A DNA stretch of 64,000 nucleotides from assembly GCA_035269575.1 (NCBI GenBank), contig DATFIZ010000103.1:23536-87535 (forward strand), in the 5' to 3' direction. Positions 1-10,427 of this stretch are shown here, piece after piece. Made by a program: the position numbers and the translations under genes. The notes under the pieces were generated by a model. It was not told the origin of the DNA and searched no databases. It saw nothing but the letters and a program-made list of their open reading frames with translations. Positions within the stretch are counted from its first letter, which is position 1, and the number at the start of each line of letters is the position of its first letter. The stretch is from Bacteroidales bacterium. GTDB lineage: Bacteria; Bacteroidota; Bacteroidia; Bacteroidales; UBA12077.

Positions 1-1142
1 TGAGCACTTTAACCGATAAAGGACTGGATATTGATACGGTAGCTCAGAATATTAAATTTAATGTTGGCGTAGGTACCAACTATTTTATGGAAATAGCCAA
101 ATTCAGAGCTGCTCGAATGCTTTGGGCTAAAATCGTGGAAGCTTACGAACCCAAAAGTAAAGAAGTAGCGAAAATGAATGTTCATGCAGTGACTTCTAAG
201 TGGAACCAAACGATTTACGATCCCTATGTAAATATGCTTCGCGGAACTACCGAATCGATGTCGGCAGTACTTTCAGGAATTGACTCACTTACGGTAACAC
301 CTTACGATGTTCCGTTTGAGAAGCCAACGGAGTTTGCTGAAAGGATTGCCCGAAACACACAAATTATCTTAAAAGAAGAATCTTATTTTGATAAAGTGGT
401 AGACCCGGCAGGAGGTTCGTATTACATTGAAAATCTTACAGCCTCCATAGCTGAACATGCATGGAACCTGTTTAAAGAAATAGAACATAAGGGAGGATAT
501 ATTAAAGCATTTAAAGCCGGAATCATACAGGAGAAAGTTAATGAAACAGCTAATAAGCGAAATCACAGCATAGCATCCCGCAAAGAAGTTATTCTTGGGG
601 TAAATCAATATCCAAATGCTTCAGAAAAGATGGATGCTAAATATGATGCAGATACGATTATCACTAAAGTAAATAGAAGGGATGATGCAATTGCAGAACC
701 TTTAAAACCTTACCGCGGAGCCGAAGAGATTGAATTGCTCCGATTGAAAACCGACCAGTCAGCTAAAACGCCAAAAGTTTTCTTATTAACCATTGGAAAT
801 CCGGCAATGCGAAAAGCAAGAGCCGGTTTTGCTTCCGGATTTTTTGCCTGTGCAGGTTTCGATATTATCGACAATCTTGGTTTTGATTCGGTTGAAGAGG
901 GAGTAAAAGCTGCAATGGAGCAAAAATCAGATATTGTTGTGGTTTGTAGCTCCGATGATGAGTATCCCGAGGTAGCACCTGCAGTGAATGAAAAAGTGGG
1001 TAACAAAGCCATTACGGTAGTTGCCGGTTATCCTGCATGTGTAGATGATTTAAAAGCTAAAGGGATTAAGCATTTTATTCATATAAAATCAAACCTGATG
1101 GAAACATTAAAAGGTTTTCAAAAAGAATTAGGAATCGAATAA
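1..1142 (+). CDS. mutA: methylmalonyl-CoA mutase small (beta) subunit, 5' end cut by the window edge
   Basis: Frame 3 is open from nt 3, so track ORF 87..1142 is only the part after an internal Met. It is paralogous to the next ORF ([14 protein letters not shown] vs [14 protein letters not shown]; ARIARNTQ in both). The C-terminal Rossmann-like domain lacks the DxHxxG cobalamin ligand motif (GNPAMRKARAG where the large subunit has GQDGHDRG), as expected for the non-catalytic subunit. Confidence 0.85.
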   Translation, partial: STLTDKGLDIDTVAQNIKFNVGVGTNYFMEIAKFRAARMLWAKIVEAYEPKSKEVAKMNVHAVTSKWNQTIYDPYVNMLRGTTESMSAVLSGIDSLTVTPYDVPFEKPTEFAERIARNTQIILKEESYFDKVVDPAGGSYYIENLTASIAEHAWNLFKEIEHKGGYIKAFKAGIIQEKVNETANKRNHSIASRKEVILGVNQYPNASEKMDAKYDADTIITKVNRRDDAIAEPLKPYRGAEEIELLRLKTDQSAKTPKVFLLTIGNPAMRKARAGFASGFFACAGFDIIDNLGFDSVEEGVKAAMEQKSDIVVVCSSDDEYPEVAPAVNEKVGNKAITVVAGYPACVDDLKAKGIKHFIHIKSNLMETLKGFQKELGIE

Positions 1143-1202
1143 ATAGATATGAGCCTGTTTGATGCAGGCAGTCTGATTACTAATAATCAAAATACGAACA
1201 AG

Positions 1203-3353
1203 ATGAAACCAAATTTTAACCATATAGATTTAAATCTTCCCCAACCGGAACATGGTTCGGTAAAAGATTGGGAAAAACAAAATAATGTTAAACCCGAATG
1301 GACAACACCTGAAAAGATTGATGTAAAAAATGTTTATTCGGAAGATGACCTGGAAAACATGGAGCATCTCAATTATGCTGCAGGACTGGCACCTTATTTA
1401 AGAGGCCCTTATTCTGCCATGTATGCCATGCGTCCATGGACAGTCCGTCAGTATGCGGGATTCTCTACGGCCGAAGAATCGAATGCATTTTATCGCCGGA
1501 ATTTAGCAGCCGGCCAAAAAGGATTATCTATTGCCTTCGACCTGGCAACACACCGTGGATACGACTCTGACCACGAAAGAGTTGTTGGCGATGTGGGGAA
1601 AGCCGGGGTGGCTGTGGATTCCATTCTGGACATGAAAATTCTTTTCGACCAGATTCCTCTGGATAAAATGTCGGTATCCATGACCATGAACGGTGCCGTG
1701 CTTCCTGTTATGGCATTTTATATTGTTGCCGGATTAGAGCAGGGAGTACCCCTGGAGAAGTTAAGCGGTACTATCCAGAATGATATACTAAAAGAATTTA
1801 TGGTACGTAATACTTACATTTACCCACCAGAATTCTCAATGAAAATTATTGCCGATATTTTCGAGTACACCTCGAAAAATATGCCCAAGTTTAACTCCAT
1901 CAGTATTTCCGGATACCATATGCAGGAAGCCGGAGCTACTGCTGATATTGAGCTTGCATATACACTGGCCGATGGTTTGGAGTATTTGCGCACAGGGGTA
2001 AATGCAGGAATGGATATCGATTCGTTTGCTCCACGGTTATCATTTTTCTGGGCCGTTGGGATGAACCACTTTATGGAAATTGCTAAAATGCGTGCAGCAC
2101 GGATGCTTTGGGCAAAGCTGGTAAAACAATTTAACCCCAAGAACCCAAAATCGATGGCATTGCGTACACACTCGCAGACATCGGGATGGAGTTTAACAGA
2201 GCAGGATCCGTTTAACAATGTTGCCCGTACATGTGTTGAAGCCATGGGTGCTGCATTAGGGCATACACAATCGTTACATACCAATGCCCTGGACGAGGCC
2301 ATTGCTTTGCCAACAGAATTTTCAGCGCGTATTGCTCGAAATACACAAATCTACATTCAGGAAGAAACACAAATATGCCGGGAAGTTGATCCATGGGCTG
2401 GTTCTTATTATGTAGAAAAACTTACGCATGAAATTGCACATAAGGCATGGGAGCATATTCAGGAAATTGAAAAGCTGGGAGGAATGGCAAAAGCTATTGA
2501 AACGGGGATTCCTAAAATGCGTATCGAAGAAGCTGCCGCAAGAAAACAGGCAAGAATTGACTCCGGGAAGGATATTATTGTTGGTATAAATAAATACAAA
2601 CTGGAAAAAGAAGATCCTATTGAAACGCTGGATGTTGATAATACGGCAGTACGTGAGGCTCAGCTTAAGCGACTGGCAAAATTAAAAGCGGAAAGGAACG
2701 AGGCGGAAACACAAACAGCATTGAAAAAAATAGAAGAATGCGCTGCTACCGGCAAAGGAAATTTATTGGAATTAGCTGTAGATGCTGCTAAAAAGCGGGC
2801 ATCACTGGGAGAAATATCCGATGCCTGTGAAAAAACAGCCGGGAGATATAAAGCCGTTATACGATCAATATCAGGAGTATATATGTCAGAATCAAAAGAT
2901 GATGCAAACTACCAGAAAGCAAAAGAACTGGTAGAACAATTTGCCCAAAAAGAGGGCCGTCAGCCACGTATTATGATTGCGAAAATGGGACAGGACGGTC
3001 ACGACCGGGGAGCAAAGGTAGTATCTACCGGTTATGCCGACCTTGGCTTCGATGTAGATATAGGACCGTTGTTCCAAACCCCAGCAGAAGCAGCGAAACA
3101 GGCTGTTGAAAATGATGTTCATATCTTAGGTGTTTCTTCATTAGCTGCCGGACACAAAACATTAGTTCCTCAGGTAATTGAAGAACTGAAAAAACTGGGT
3201 CGCGAGGATATTATGATTATTGTCGGGGGTGTTATTCCAACGCAGGATTATAAGTTTCTTTACGATACCGGTGTTGCCGGAGTTTTTGGCCCGGGTACTT
3301 CCATACCCGTTGCAGCCATAAAAATGTTGGAAATAATGCTTGAAGATGAATAA
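1203..3353 (+). CDS. mutB: methylmalonyl-CoA mutase large (alpha) subunit
   Basis: The longest ORF starts at 1149, but ATG 1203 ([10 protein letters not shown]) gives the usual MutB N-terminus. Mutase barrel motifs are present ([48 protein letters not shown]). The C-terminal B12-binding domain has GQDGHDRG and GVSSLAAGH. Confidence 0.93.
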   Translation: MKPNFNHIDLNLPQPEHGSVKDWEKQNNVKPEWTTPEKIDVKNVYSEDDLENMEHLNYAAGLAPYLRGPYSAMYAMRPWTVRQYAGFSTAEESNAFYRRNLAAGQKGLSIAFDLATHRGYDSDHERVVGDVGKAGVAVDSILDMKILFDQIPLDKMSVSMTMNGAVLPVMAFYIVAGLEQGVPLEKLSGTIQNDILKEFMVRNTYIYPPEFSMKIIADIFEYTSKNMPKFNSISISGYHMQEAGATADIELAYTLADGLEYLRTGVNAGMDIDSFAPRLSFFWAVGMNHFMEIAKMRAARMLWAKLVKQFNPKNPKSMALRTHSQTSGWSLTEQDPFNNVARTCVEAMGAALGHTQSLHTNALDEAIALPTEFSARIARNTQIYIQEETQICREVDPWAGSYYVEKLTHEIAHKAWEHIQEIEKLGGMAKAIETGIPKMRIEEAAARKQARIDSGKDIIVGINKYKLEKEDPIETLDVDNTAVREAQLKRLAKLKAERNEAETQTALKKIEECAATGKGNLLELAVDAAKKRASLGEISDACEKTAGRYKAVIRSISGVYMSESKDDANYQKAKELVEQFAQKEGRQPRIMIAKMGQDGHDRGAKVVSTGYADLGFDVDIGPLFQTPAEAAKQAVENDVHILGVSSLAAGHKTLVPQVIEELKKLGREDIMIIVGGVIPTQDYKFLYDTGVAGVFGPGTSIPVAAIKMLEIMLEDE

Positions 3354-3372
3354 TGTAGCGATAAATGAATAT

Positions 3373-3406
3373 GAAGCCCGGCCTGTTTGTGCCGGGCTTC
3401 TTTTTA
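3373..3406 (+). terminator. rho-independent terminator after mutB
   Basis: Perfect 10-bp stem GAAGCCCGGC (3373-3382) / GCCGGGCTTC (3391-3400), an 8-nt loop, then TTTTT. Confidence 0.75.
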
Positions 3407-3506
3407 TACAAAGCTTTAATTTATGTGCTCCATAAAATCAATAAAAAGATTTAAAGTAAATTTATTTTTCATTAACTTTAAAAGGATAAAATAAATCATC
3501 CTGGTC

Positions 3507-4484
3507 ATGAAAAAATTGTCTGTTATTGTTTTGTTTCTTTTAATATCCTGCCAATATTCCTTTGCACAAAATATTAGAAATATGCATTGGGATAAAGATT
3601 TCTACATCCATATTACCCTGGCAAATGACTCTAACTATATTATGGATATTGAAGAATTACATCACACGAGTATGACCGAACAGGAGTCTGAATCTTTTAC
3701 TTATATTCCTACCCGGCTGGACAATGAGTTTGTGCAACGATTAAAAGGGAAGCAAATAGATACCACCGTTAATGAATATACAAATGATGAGTCGGATAAA
3801 ACCTTGTGGAGTGCATTGCATCAAACACTTGGAGGAGGATGGGTGCACTTTGTTAATTGCCTTTTATATTCTTTAGAAACGGGATACCTTGATATTACAG
3901 CTCCGCTTATGCAAAGGCCTGAAACTAACTGGAAGCCTAAACCTTTGACCGATTCTTATAAAAGAACCAGAAGGTGGGAATATTATGTACCTGTACATCA
4001 GAGATATGCAATCAGAGAGTATAAAAAGAAAAAATCGAACAACAATTTAGGCGACTTAAAAGATATTCCGGATGATTTTATTCAACGGTTTTTAAATACA
4101 AGCAACAAGGAATATGAAAGCATGCGCAAAAGTTCCTTAAAAAAGGAGCTGGCAAAGATTGATCTGATAAAGATATTGCTCGGGGCAAACTATTTGGGCG
4201 AAACTCAGATAAAATACATTAAAAGTATGGTTCTAAAAGCGATGGCTCAATATGCAGAAAACAAGCTCCCTTCCGTAATTATTTTTGATAATTTTAATGC
4301 TGCCGTTGCTATGTCGTTGAATGAAAAGGGGTATCAGGTAGAGAAAATTGTATTTGCCGATGAGAAATTCACCTCCCTGGAAACCCGGCTGGAACGAACA
4401 GATAAAATAAAAACGATTGTCAACGAAATTAATGAAGTGAACAAGGAAGTGCTTCAGCAAAAATTAAAAAAATATTACAATTAA
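3507..4484 (+). CDS. hypothetical secreted protein or lipoprotein
   Basis: 325-aa ORF with an N-terminal signal peptide (MKKLSVIVLFLLISCQYSFAQ). The C-terminal half is Lys/Glu-rich. I recognise no catalytic motif. Confidence 0.55.
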   Translation: MKKLSVIVLFLLISCQYSFAQNIRNMHWDKDFYIHITLANDSNYIMDIEELHHTSMTEQESESFTYIPTRLDNEFVQRLKGKQIDTTVNEYTNDESDKTLWSALHQTLGGGWVHFVNCLLYSLETGYLDITAPLMQRPETNWKPKPLTDSYKRTRRWEYYVPVHQRYAIREYKKKKSNNNLGDLKDIPDDFIQRFLNTSNKEYESMRKSSLKKELAKIDLIKILLGANYLGETQIKYIKSMVLKAMAQYAENKLPSVIIFDNFNAAVAMSLNEKGYQVEKIVFADEKFTSLETRLERTDKIKTIVNEINEVNKEVLQQKLKKYYN

Positions 4485-4596
4485 GCATTTGTTAAAGGCT
4501 GAACAAAAACGGAACAAAACCGGTTAAGTGTCTATTTTTTGAATGAATAAAGAGTAGTTGGCTTTTCAACTAGTATTTAAATTTTAATATGGGAAT

Positions 4597-5298
4597 TTAT
4601 TTTCCCCGGTTATAAGGAATTTTGTAATAGATGTAGTAGTTAATGCCCAGATTTACAGCATTAATTCCATTTCCATATCCGGGGATATTATAGGGTTGAA
4701 AATCCGGACTTCCTCCTGAGAGCTTCGCTTTTAGTAAAACACTCCATCCCAGGTAGATATTTTCAAACAGTTCGGTTTTTAATCCCAAAGAGCCCTCCAG
4801 CCAATAAGTGCTGATATTTTCTGTGGGAATATTAATAGGAATGTTGCCCCAGTATTCGTTAGCAATAATAACATCCTTAGCCTCCTGTTTAAAAGCCGAT
4901 CTGCCCAAGCGTAAACCGACCCCTAAAAAGTCGGAAGGATATGCTTTGAGCATATTATAATCCATCCCCAGCTTAACAAAATATCCTTGTGAACTATAAT
5001 TATAACTTTCATTTTCCAGATTTGTTCGGGCGTATCCAATCTCTGCGACAGCAAAATATTTATTTCCAAAATTTAAATCAAACGAACCTTCCAGGGAAAG
5101 ACGTTCGGGTTTGAAAATAAAATCTGAAAAACGGCCAATGTTAATTCCTGTTTTAAACCCATAAAAAGTTAAAGGTTCTTTTTTTTCTGCCTGCTCAACG
5201 GGTATCTCCCTCTGACTTTCATTCTGGGCCTGACCGGGGAAGGCTGACAACAACAAAAAAATAAAACTAGAAATATATTTTAACAAGCCCTTCATCAT
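4597..5298 (-). CDS. outer-membrane beta-barrel protein (DUF6048-like, tentative)
   Basis: Signal peptide ending in AQ. Alternating hydrophobic beta-strand pattern with many Gly/Tyr/Asn and an aromatic-rich C-terminus (INYYIYYKIPYNRGK). Overlaps the upstream lipoprotein gene in the lpxH operon. Confidence 0.6.
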   Translation of the reverse strand: MMKGLLKYISSFIFLLLSAFPGQAQNESQREIPVEQAEKKEPLTFYGFKTGINIGRFSDFIFKPERLSLEGSFDLNFGNKYFAVAEIGYARTNLENESYNYSSQGYFVKLGMDYNMLKAYPSDFLGVGLRLGRSAFKQEAKDVIIANEYWGNIPINIPTENISTYWLEGSLGLKTELFENIYLGWSVLLKAKLSGGSPDFQPYNIPGYGNGINAVNLGINYYIYYKIPYNRGK

Positions 5299-5731
5299 TG
5301 GTTGTGATACTATTATTAACTAAAGATAATGAATCGATATAATTTTGAGTATATAAAATACTGTCGATAGTATAGTGGGTTACAAAGCCGCATTCGACGG
5401 ATAATAAGGTAAAATCTCGTTGATAAAAAAAAGTAAGGGTATCACTTCCCTCAACCAGGTTTGAGGTAAAAATAAATGTAGAAGTGTCTTTTGCAGGCGA
5501 CAACATGAGCCTTAAACTGTTATTATTCCCTTTGTTTTTATAAAAAATGCTATCTGACCATTCAGGCGAAAAAACAGAAAGGCTGTCTATAAATTCTTCC
5601 GGGGTTGATGGATCAGAAATACTCATCTCAACGTTTAACAGCGTGTCGGTGTCTAAAAGGCATCGATTATCGGAACAGGCATAGAGGCCTGAAAGCAAAA
5701 CAACCATTAATGTGATTTTAACGATTTTCAT
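5267..5731 (-). CDS. small lipoprotein (DUF6452-like, tentative)
   Basis: Lipobox LSGLYAC at the N-terminus. 154 aa. 4-nt overlap with the lpxH stop and 32-nt overlap with the next gene. Confidence 0.55.
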   Translation of the reverse strand: MKIVKITLMVVLLSGLYACSDNRCLLDTDTLLNVEMSISDPSTPEEFIDSLSVFSPEWSDSIFYKNKGNNNSLRLMLSPAKDTSTFIFTSNLVEGSDTLTFFYQRDFTLLSVECGFVTHYTIDSILYTQNYIDSLSLVNNSITTNDEGLVKIYF

Positions 5732-6486
5732 GAATGATCTTCAAATTTTTTTAGTTCCATCTTTTCCCCGTCAAAAACAGCATAGGTAAAATTGGTAATC
5801 CAGTCGCCCAGGTTAATGTATCTGGTATTTTCTTTTATCTTCAGATCCATAGGTAGGTGGCGATGCCCATAAACCATATAGTCAAAATCCTGTGATTTCA
5901 ATAATTTTTTTGAATATAAAATTAACCACTCTTTATCTTCACCTTCAAAAGGTTTTGTTTCTCTGGAGTACCTGCTATGAGTTGACCATGTATTGGCAAT
6001 CCATATACCTACATTGGGATGAAAACGCGCAAAAAGCCACTGCGAAAAACGACTGGCAAATATTTTTTTCAAAAGTTTATACGAATTATCTCCCGGGCCT
6101 AAGCCGTCGCCATGGGCAAGGTAAAATTTCTTACCATAGTATTCCTTAACAATCGGTTCTTTATGTAAAATAACACCCGTTTCTTCGGGCAGATAATCGA
6201 AAATCCACATATCATGATTCCCGGTAAAAAAATGTACCGGTATTCCCGAATCGGTTAGCTCACAAAGCTTTCCTAAAAAGCGGGTAAAACCCCGGGGTAT
6301 CGCTCTTTTATATTCGAACCAGAAATCAAAGATGTCGCCCAATAACACAATCTCACGGGCATCATGTTTTATTCTGTCAAGCCATTGAACAAAACGTTTC
6401 TCGCGCACTAAGCTTTCTTTATAATCAGGAAGCCCGAGATGTACATCTGATGCGAAATATATTTTGTTCTTCTTTGTCAAAATCAA
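5728..6486 (-). CDS. lpxH: UDP-2,3-diacylglucosamine diphosphatase
   Basis: Calcineurin-like metallophosphoesterase motifs appear in the LpxH order: FASDVHLG, GDIFDFW, GNHD, AHGD, GHRH. The size (252 aa) fits. Confidence 0.85.
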   Translation of the reverse strand: MILTKKNKIYFASDVHLGLPDYKESLVREKRFVQWLDRIKHDAREIVLLGDIFDFWFEYKRAIPRGFTRFLGKLCELTDSGIPVHFFTGNHDMWIFDYLPEETGVILHKEPIVKEYYGKKFYLAHGDGLGPGDNSYKLLKKIFASRFSQWLFARFHPNVGIWIANTWSTHSRYSRETKPFEGEDKEWLILYSKKLLKSQDFDYMVYGHRHLPMDLKIKENTRYINLGDWITNFTYAVFDGEKMELKKFEDHS

Positions 6487-7656
6487 CTATTTTAGGGCAT
6501 ACTCAAAAGTTTCTTTCAATTGCCTTTGTGAAGGGTTAACCATAACAATCTCTCCTTCGGGATTGATTAGAAAACTGGCAGGTATCTTTTGAACATTATA
6601 TATCCGGGCATAATATGAGGTTCTTCCGTTGGTGTCAATGACATTTATCCAGGGCAACTGGTCAAAATTTATCGAATTTATCCAGTTATCTTTTTTCGTA
6701 TCGAGAGAAACCTGATAGATTTCAAATCCTTTTTGATGATAAGCTTTGTATAAACCCAAGAGTTCCAGGTTTTTGTTAATGCTTTCTTTACTCCATGATG
6801 CCCAAAAACTTAATAAAATATATTTAGCCTGAACAGCATTTAAACTTATAGTATCTCCGTTTTGATTTGGCAGAGCTATTTCAGGTATCCTGTTTACAGG
6901 ATTTGACTGGGTAAATTCCTGAATTTGTGCATTCATTTTTGCCTGTTCATACTTTTTCATCAGGTTGGTTTTATCTGCTATCAAAGCTTTCACGTGTTGT
7001 GACTCGGGATACTTTTTTTCCAATGCTTCCGAAACGATTTTGATATATTGTAAATCCCGGTTTTTGTAAAGCACATAATTTTCTTCATCAATTTTCTGAT
7101 ACAAGGCCATAATACTGGCCAGGCTATTCATATTTTCCAGGATAAATGCTATAGATGAGTCTCGTTGACGATCAATTATGTTTACATACTCCCGGTTAAG
7201 TCTTTCTATTTGTTGTTCATAATCAGGCGATTCTGAGGCTTCTTCAACGATACGGCCAATCGAATCGAGCTTATGTTTTGTCTTTTTTAAACGAGCTTCT
7301 AATTGTTGGACCAAAACAGATCCTTCGGAGCCATAAATTTCAGCGCTCCCTAAATTGGAAGCATCTGCTTTAACCGTTACTTTTTCTCCCGGCTCAAGGA
7401 GTAAAGTTAAAAAATTACGGTTGGATAATGCCACATGATAAAATCTTGGATGTTCTGACCTTGTAGTAAATTTAAAGGTTTCATCTTTACCCAGTTTCTT
7501 TTTGTCCAACTCAGTAGTACCCGAAACGGTTAATTCTTTAAACTGAACTTCTTTATCCTGACCGTTTTTAATGGTTCCTTTAACGTCAATTTTTTCCGAT
7601 GAGTTACATGCTCCTAATAGTAAAAAAACTGCCAAATAAAAAATAGTACGTTTCAT
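6487..7656 (-). CDS. DUF4369-type N-domain plus thioredoxin-fold (TlpA-like) lipoprotein lacking the CxxC active site
   Basis: Lipobox LLGAC. The C-terminal thioredoxin fold is collinear with the neighbouring paralog, but it reads FWASWSKES where the paralog has FWASWCRPC. There is no Cys after the lipobox. Confidence 0.8.
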   Translation of the reverse strand: MKRTIFYLAVFLLLGACNSSEKIDVKGTIKNGQDKEVQFKELTVSGTTELDKKKLGKDETFKFTTRSEHPRFYHVALSNRNFLTLLLEPGEKVTVKADASNLGSAEIYGSEGSVLVQQLEARLKKTKHKLDSIGRIVEEASESPDYEQQIERLNREYVNIIDRQRDSSIAFILENMNSLASIMALYQKIDEENYVLYKNRDLQYIKIVSEALEKKYPESQHVKALIADKTNLMKKYEQAKMNAQIQEFTQSNPVNRIPEIALPNQNGDTISLNAVQAKYILLSFWASWSKESINKNLELLGLYKAYHQKGFEIYQVSLDTKKDNWINSINFDQLPWINVIDTNGRTSYYARIYNVQKIPASFLINPEGEIVMVNPSQRQLKETFEYALK

Positions 7657-7735
7657 TCAATTTTGTTTTGTTTTATATTTTTATAATTACAACCTGAAAA
7701 AATAAAGTTCAGGAAACGTTTAAAAGGGCTCTAAG

Positions 7736-8899
7736 TTAATCAAATATTTTCGAAAGTTCGACTTCCAGTTGCTCGCCTCTTAAGTTTTTAGCGATTATTT
7801 TTCCCTTTTTGTCTAATAAAAAGTTAGCCGGAATACTTTGCACCTGGTAAAGTTTTGCGGGGGCAGCATTCCAGTATTTTAAATCACTTACATGGATCCA
7901 GTCAAGCTGGTCTTTTTCTATAGCCTCTACCCAGGCTGACTTTTTCTTGTCGAGTGAAACCTGAAATATCTCAAATCCCCGGGAATGGTATTTTTCATAA
8001 ACCTTAACCAGATGCGGATTTTCTACTCTGCACGGGCGGCACCACGAAGCCCAGAAGTCTACCAATACATACTTTCCCTTTAGGGATGATAGATTCATTG
8101 TGTCTCCATTAGGATTAGGTAACTCAATTTCCGGTGCCTGAGCTCCAATACCTACTCTGCTATTGGCCATTTCTTTGGCTTTAATTTGCCGTTTTGCATC
8201 TTTTACCTGTGTGCTTAATATTCTTGCTGGCTCTGATGCTGGATATTTTGAACCGAGGGCAGAGTCTACGAATGCAAAATATTGAATGTCTTCAACAGGG
8301 TTTAAAATATAACGACGTGGGGCAATTTGCTGATACAGCGCCATCAATCCCGCCAAAGTACCTGCATTCTCTTCAATAAACTCAATCGTACGTTGTCTGT
8401 GTTCGGCAGTTATTGTCTCAGATAATTGGGTCAGCGAATCTTTAACCTCACGGGTTAATTCCCGGGTACCAATGATCGACTGATAATAAAGCCCGATAGA
8501 ATCAATTTGTGCAAGGGCTTGATCTAAATGCCTGCTGAGCTCCAGAATTTTTTGTGATTCTTCAGATCCCTCAATCCGGGCTGTTGATTTCAGGTTTTCT
8601 ATATCGGCATGGATGGTAATTTGCTCTTTTGGATTTATAATTAACGATAAATAATTATTAGGTGATGTACGTATTGCATAAAATTTGGGTATTTCGGTAT
8701 TCCCGGTAAAACGAAAATCTCCTTTATCATTTAAAATGATAGAGTCGAGATAGTTTAATTGATCTTTTTGCAACGCTACAAAATACAATTTTGCTCCATT
8801 GGCATTTTCTATCTCTCCCGAAACGGTGAAATGCTCCGGTTCTGATTCGCATGAAGTGATAATAATTCCTGCCAGTATTAAAAAAAATAATTTTTTCAT
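7736..8899 (-). CDS. TlpA-family thiol:disulfide oxidoreductase lipoprotein with DUF4369-type N-domain
   Basis: Lipobox ITSC. Motif FWASWCRPCRVENP (WCxxC), then FEIFQVSLD and SIPANFLLD (cis-Pro loop). Confidence 0.85.
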   Translation of the reverse strand: MKKLFFLILAGIIITSCESEPEHFTVSGEIENANGAKLYFVALQKDQLNYLDSIILNDKGDFRFTGNTEIPKFYAIRTSPNNYLSLIINPKEQITIHADIENLKSTARIEGSEESQKILELSRHLDQALAQIDSIGLYYQSIIGTRELTREVKDSLTQLSETITAEHRQRTIEFIEENAGTLAGLMALYQQIAPRRYILNPVEDIQYFAFVDSALGSKYPASEPARILSTQVKDAKRQIKAKEMANSRVGIGAQAPEIELPNPNGDTMNLSSLKGKYVLVDFWASWCRPCRVENPHLVKVYEKYHSRGFEIFQVSLDKKKSAWVEAIEKDQLDWIHVSDLKYWNAAPAKLYQVQSIPANFLLDKKGKIIAKNLRGEQLEVELSKIFD

Positions 8900-8936
8900 C
8901 GAATGATAATGTTTTAGTTAAACACCTGTTTTGTTG

Positions 8937-10376
8937 CTATTTATAATCTTTGTTTTTTAATTCTTCCAACAATAACTTTTTGATTTTCTGGGGTTGAAAA
9001 CGATTTTTTGTTGCTTTCATTATCTGACCCATAAAAAAACCGATAATTTTTGATTTTCCGTTTTGAAACGCATCCTTTTCTTCCGGAAATTCTGAGATGA
9101 TTTTTTGTATCACCTCCAACAGCTCTGCATCGTTATTATTTATGAGCAAGTCGTTTTCTTTTGCGATGTCAAAAGTAGTTTTATTTTCTGAATTTAAAAG
9201 CGTCGGCCATATATTTTGATAAGCTGTTTCTCTTGAAACTTCTCCCTGGGTAATCATGTTTATTAATGAAACCACCTGGTCTTTTTGTTCCTGACGAAGG
9301 GAGAAACCGTCGGCTTCTTTTTTATTTAGTAATCTGAATGGCCCCATTAAAAAATGGATAAACTCGTGTTTGTCTAAAACCCAGGGGTACAGCTCTTCGA
9401 AAAAGACCGATAATTCTTTGTTTATGCTTAAAGCCCAGGCTCCTTCTTTGGGCAACCCATAGGAAACTAAAAAACGCTGATATCTCTGGACCGGTAATTC
9501 ATGAATACCGGCTTCCAGTTTTTGAATCGTTTCTTCATCAATATGTACCGGCAAAATATCCGGTTCCGGGATGTAGGCATAGTCACGGGCTTTTTCTTTT
9601 TTACGGCTGAAAATGATTTTGTTCTCTTTATCATCAAAATGCAAGGTATATCCACGCTTGAAAGATTTTGTAAGCAATTCGTTTTTTTGTCGTTCAATTT
9701 CAAGTTTTAAAGCCGTTTTTAAACCTTTGGTTGAGTTTAGATTTTTTATTTCATTGTGCCCGTAATTTTTATTAGGCGTGTTTACCGAGATATTTGCATC
9801 GCAACGGAGAGCACCTGTTTCCATTTTTCCGGTACTGATTCCTAGTTCTTCCGACAGGTTTTTCAGATATTCTATGAAAGCTGCAGCTTCTTCGGGAGAG
9901 GTAAGCGCTGGGTCAGTAACCACTTCAGCCAGCGGAATTCCTGCCCGGCTATAGTCAATACTTAAATGATGATTGGTGTAAATGCTTTTGGCAGAATCCT
10001 CTTCAAGATGTATTTGTTTTATGGTCAGTTTTTTGATCTGTTTTTGATGATCGATGTAAGTAATTTCCCCTTGTAAACCAACAGGGTTCTTTTGTTGTGT
10101 TATTTGATATCCTTTGGGTAAGTCAGGATAAAAGTAATTTTTACGGTCAAATGTAATTTGATGGTTTATTTTACAATTAGCTGCCAGGGCAAGGATAATG
10201 GCTAAATCAACGGCTTTTTGATTGAACGATGGTAGCGTACCGGGTAAACCAACAGTAACCGGACTAATCGACTGGTTTGGTTTCTGCCCGAAGGCAACGG
10301 GTTCGTCCGAAAACAGTTTGGTTGCTGTTTTTAATTGAATATGTACTTCAAGCCCTATTCGAATGGTAAAGTTCAT
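8937..10376 (-). CDS. gatB: Asp-tRNA(Asn)/Glu-tRNA(Gln) amidotransferase subunit B
   Basis: IGLEVHIQL, RKNYFYPDLPKGYQITQ, HLEEDSAKS, RCDANISV, and a C-terminal YqeY-like tail (GFFMGQIMKATKNRFQPQ). Confidence 0.9.
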   Translation of the reverse strand: MNFTIRIGLEVHIQLKTATKLFSDEPVAFGQKPNQSISPVTVGLPGTLPSFNQKAVDLAIILALAANCKINHQITFDRKNYFYPDLPKGYQITQQKNPVGLQGEITYIDHQKQIKKLTIKQIHLEEDSAKSIYTNHHLSIDYSRAGIPLAEVVTDPALTSPEEAAAFIEYLKNLSEELGISTGKMETGALRCDANISVNTPNKNYGHNEIKNLNSTKGLKTALKLEIERQKNELLTKSFKRGYTLHFDDKENKIIFSRKKEKARDYAYIPEPDILPVHIDEETIQKLEAGIHELPVQRYQRFLVSYGLPKEGAWALSINKELSVFFEELYPWVLDKHEFIHFLMGPFRLLNKKEADGFSLRQEQKDQVVSLINMITQGEVSRETAYQNIWPTLLNSENKTTFDIAKENDLLINNNDAELLEVIQKIISEFPEEKDAFQNGKSKIIGFFMGQIMKATKNRFQPQKIKKLLLEELKNKDYK

Positions 10377-10427
10377 ACACCCGAAAACTAGTAAATGTTG
10401 ACTAAATTAGAGAAAAATAAATAAATT

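Noticed and set aside
369-3122. Antisense or out-of-frame track ORFs inside mutA/mutB (369..608, 710..1012, 1490..1687, 1820..2302, 2212..2394, 2892..3122).
   Set aside because: They are embedded in strongly recognisable mutase genes, have odd composition (Cys/Ser/Phe-rich) and have no independent signals. The same reasoning applies to similar shadow ORFs inside the RND pumps, ileS, rnr, dnaG, the AsmA-like gene and the sensor genes.
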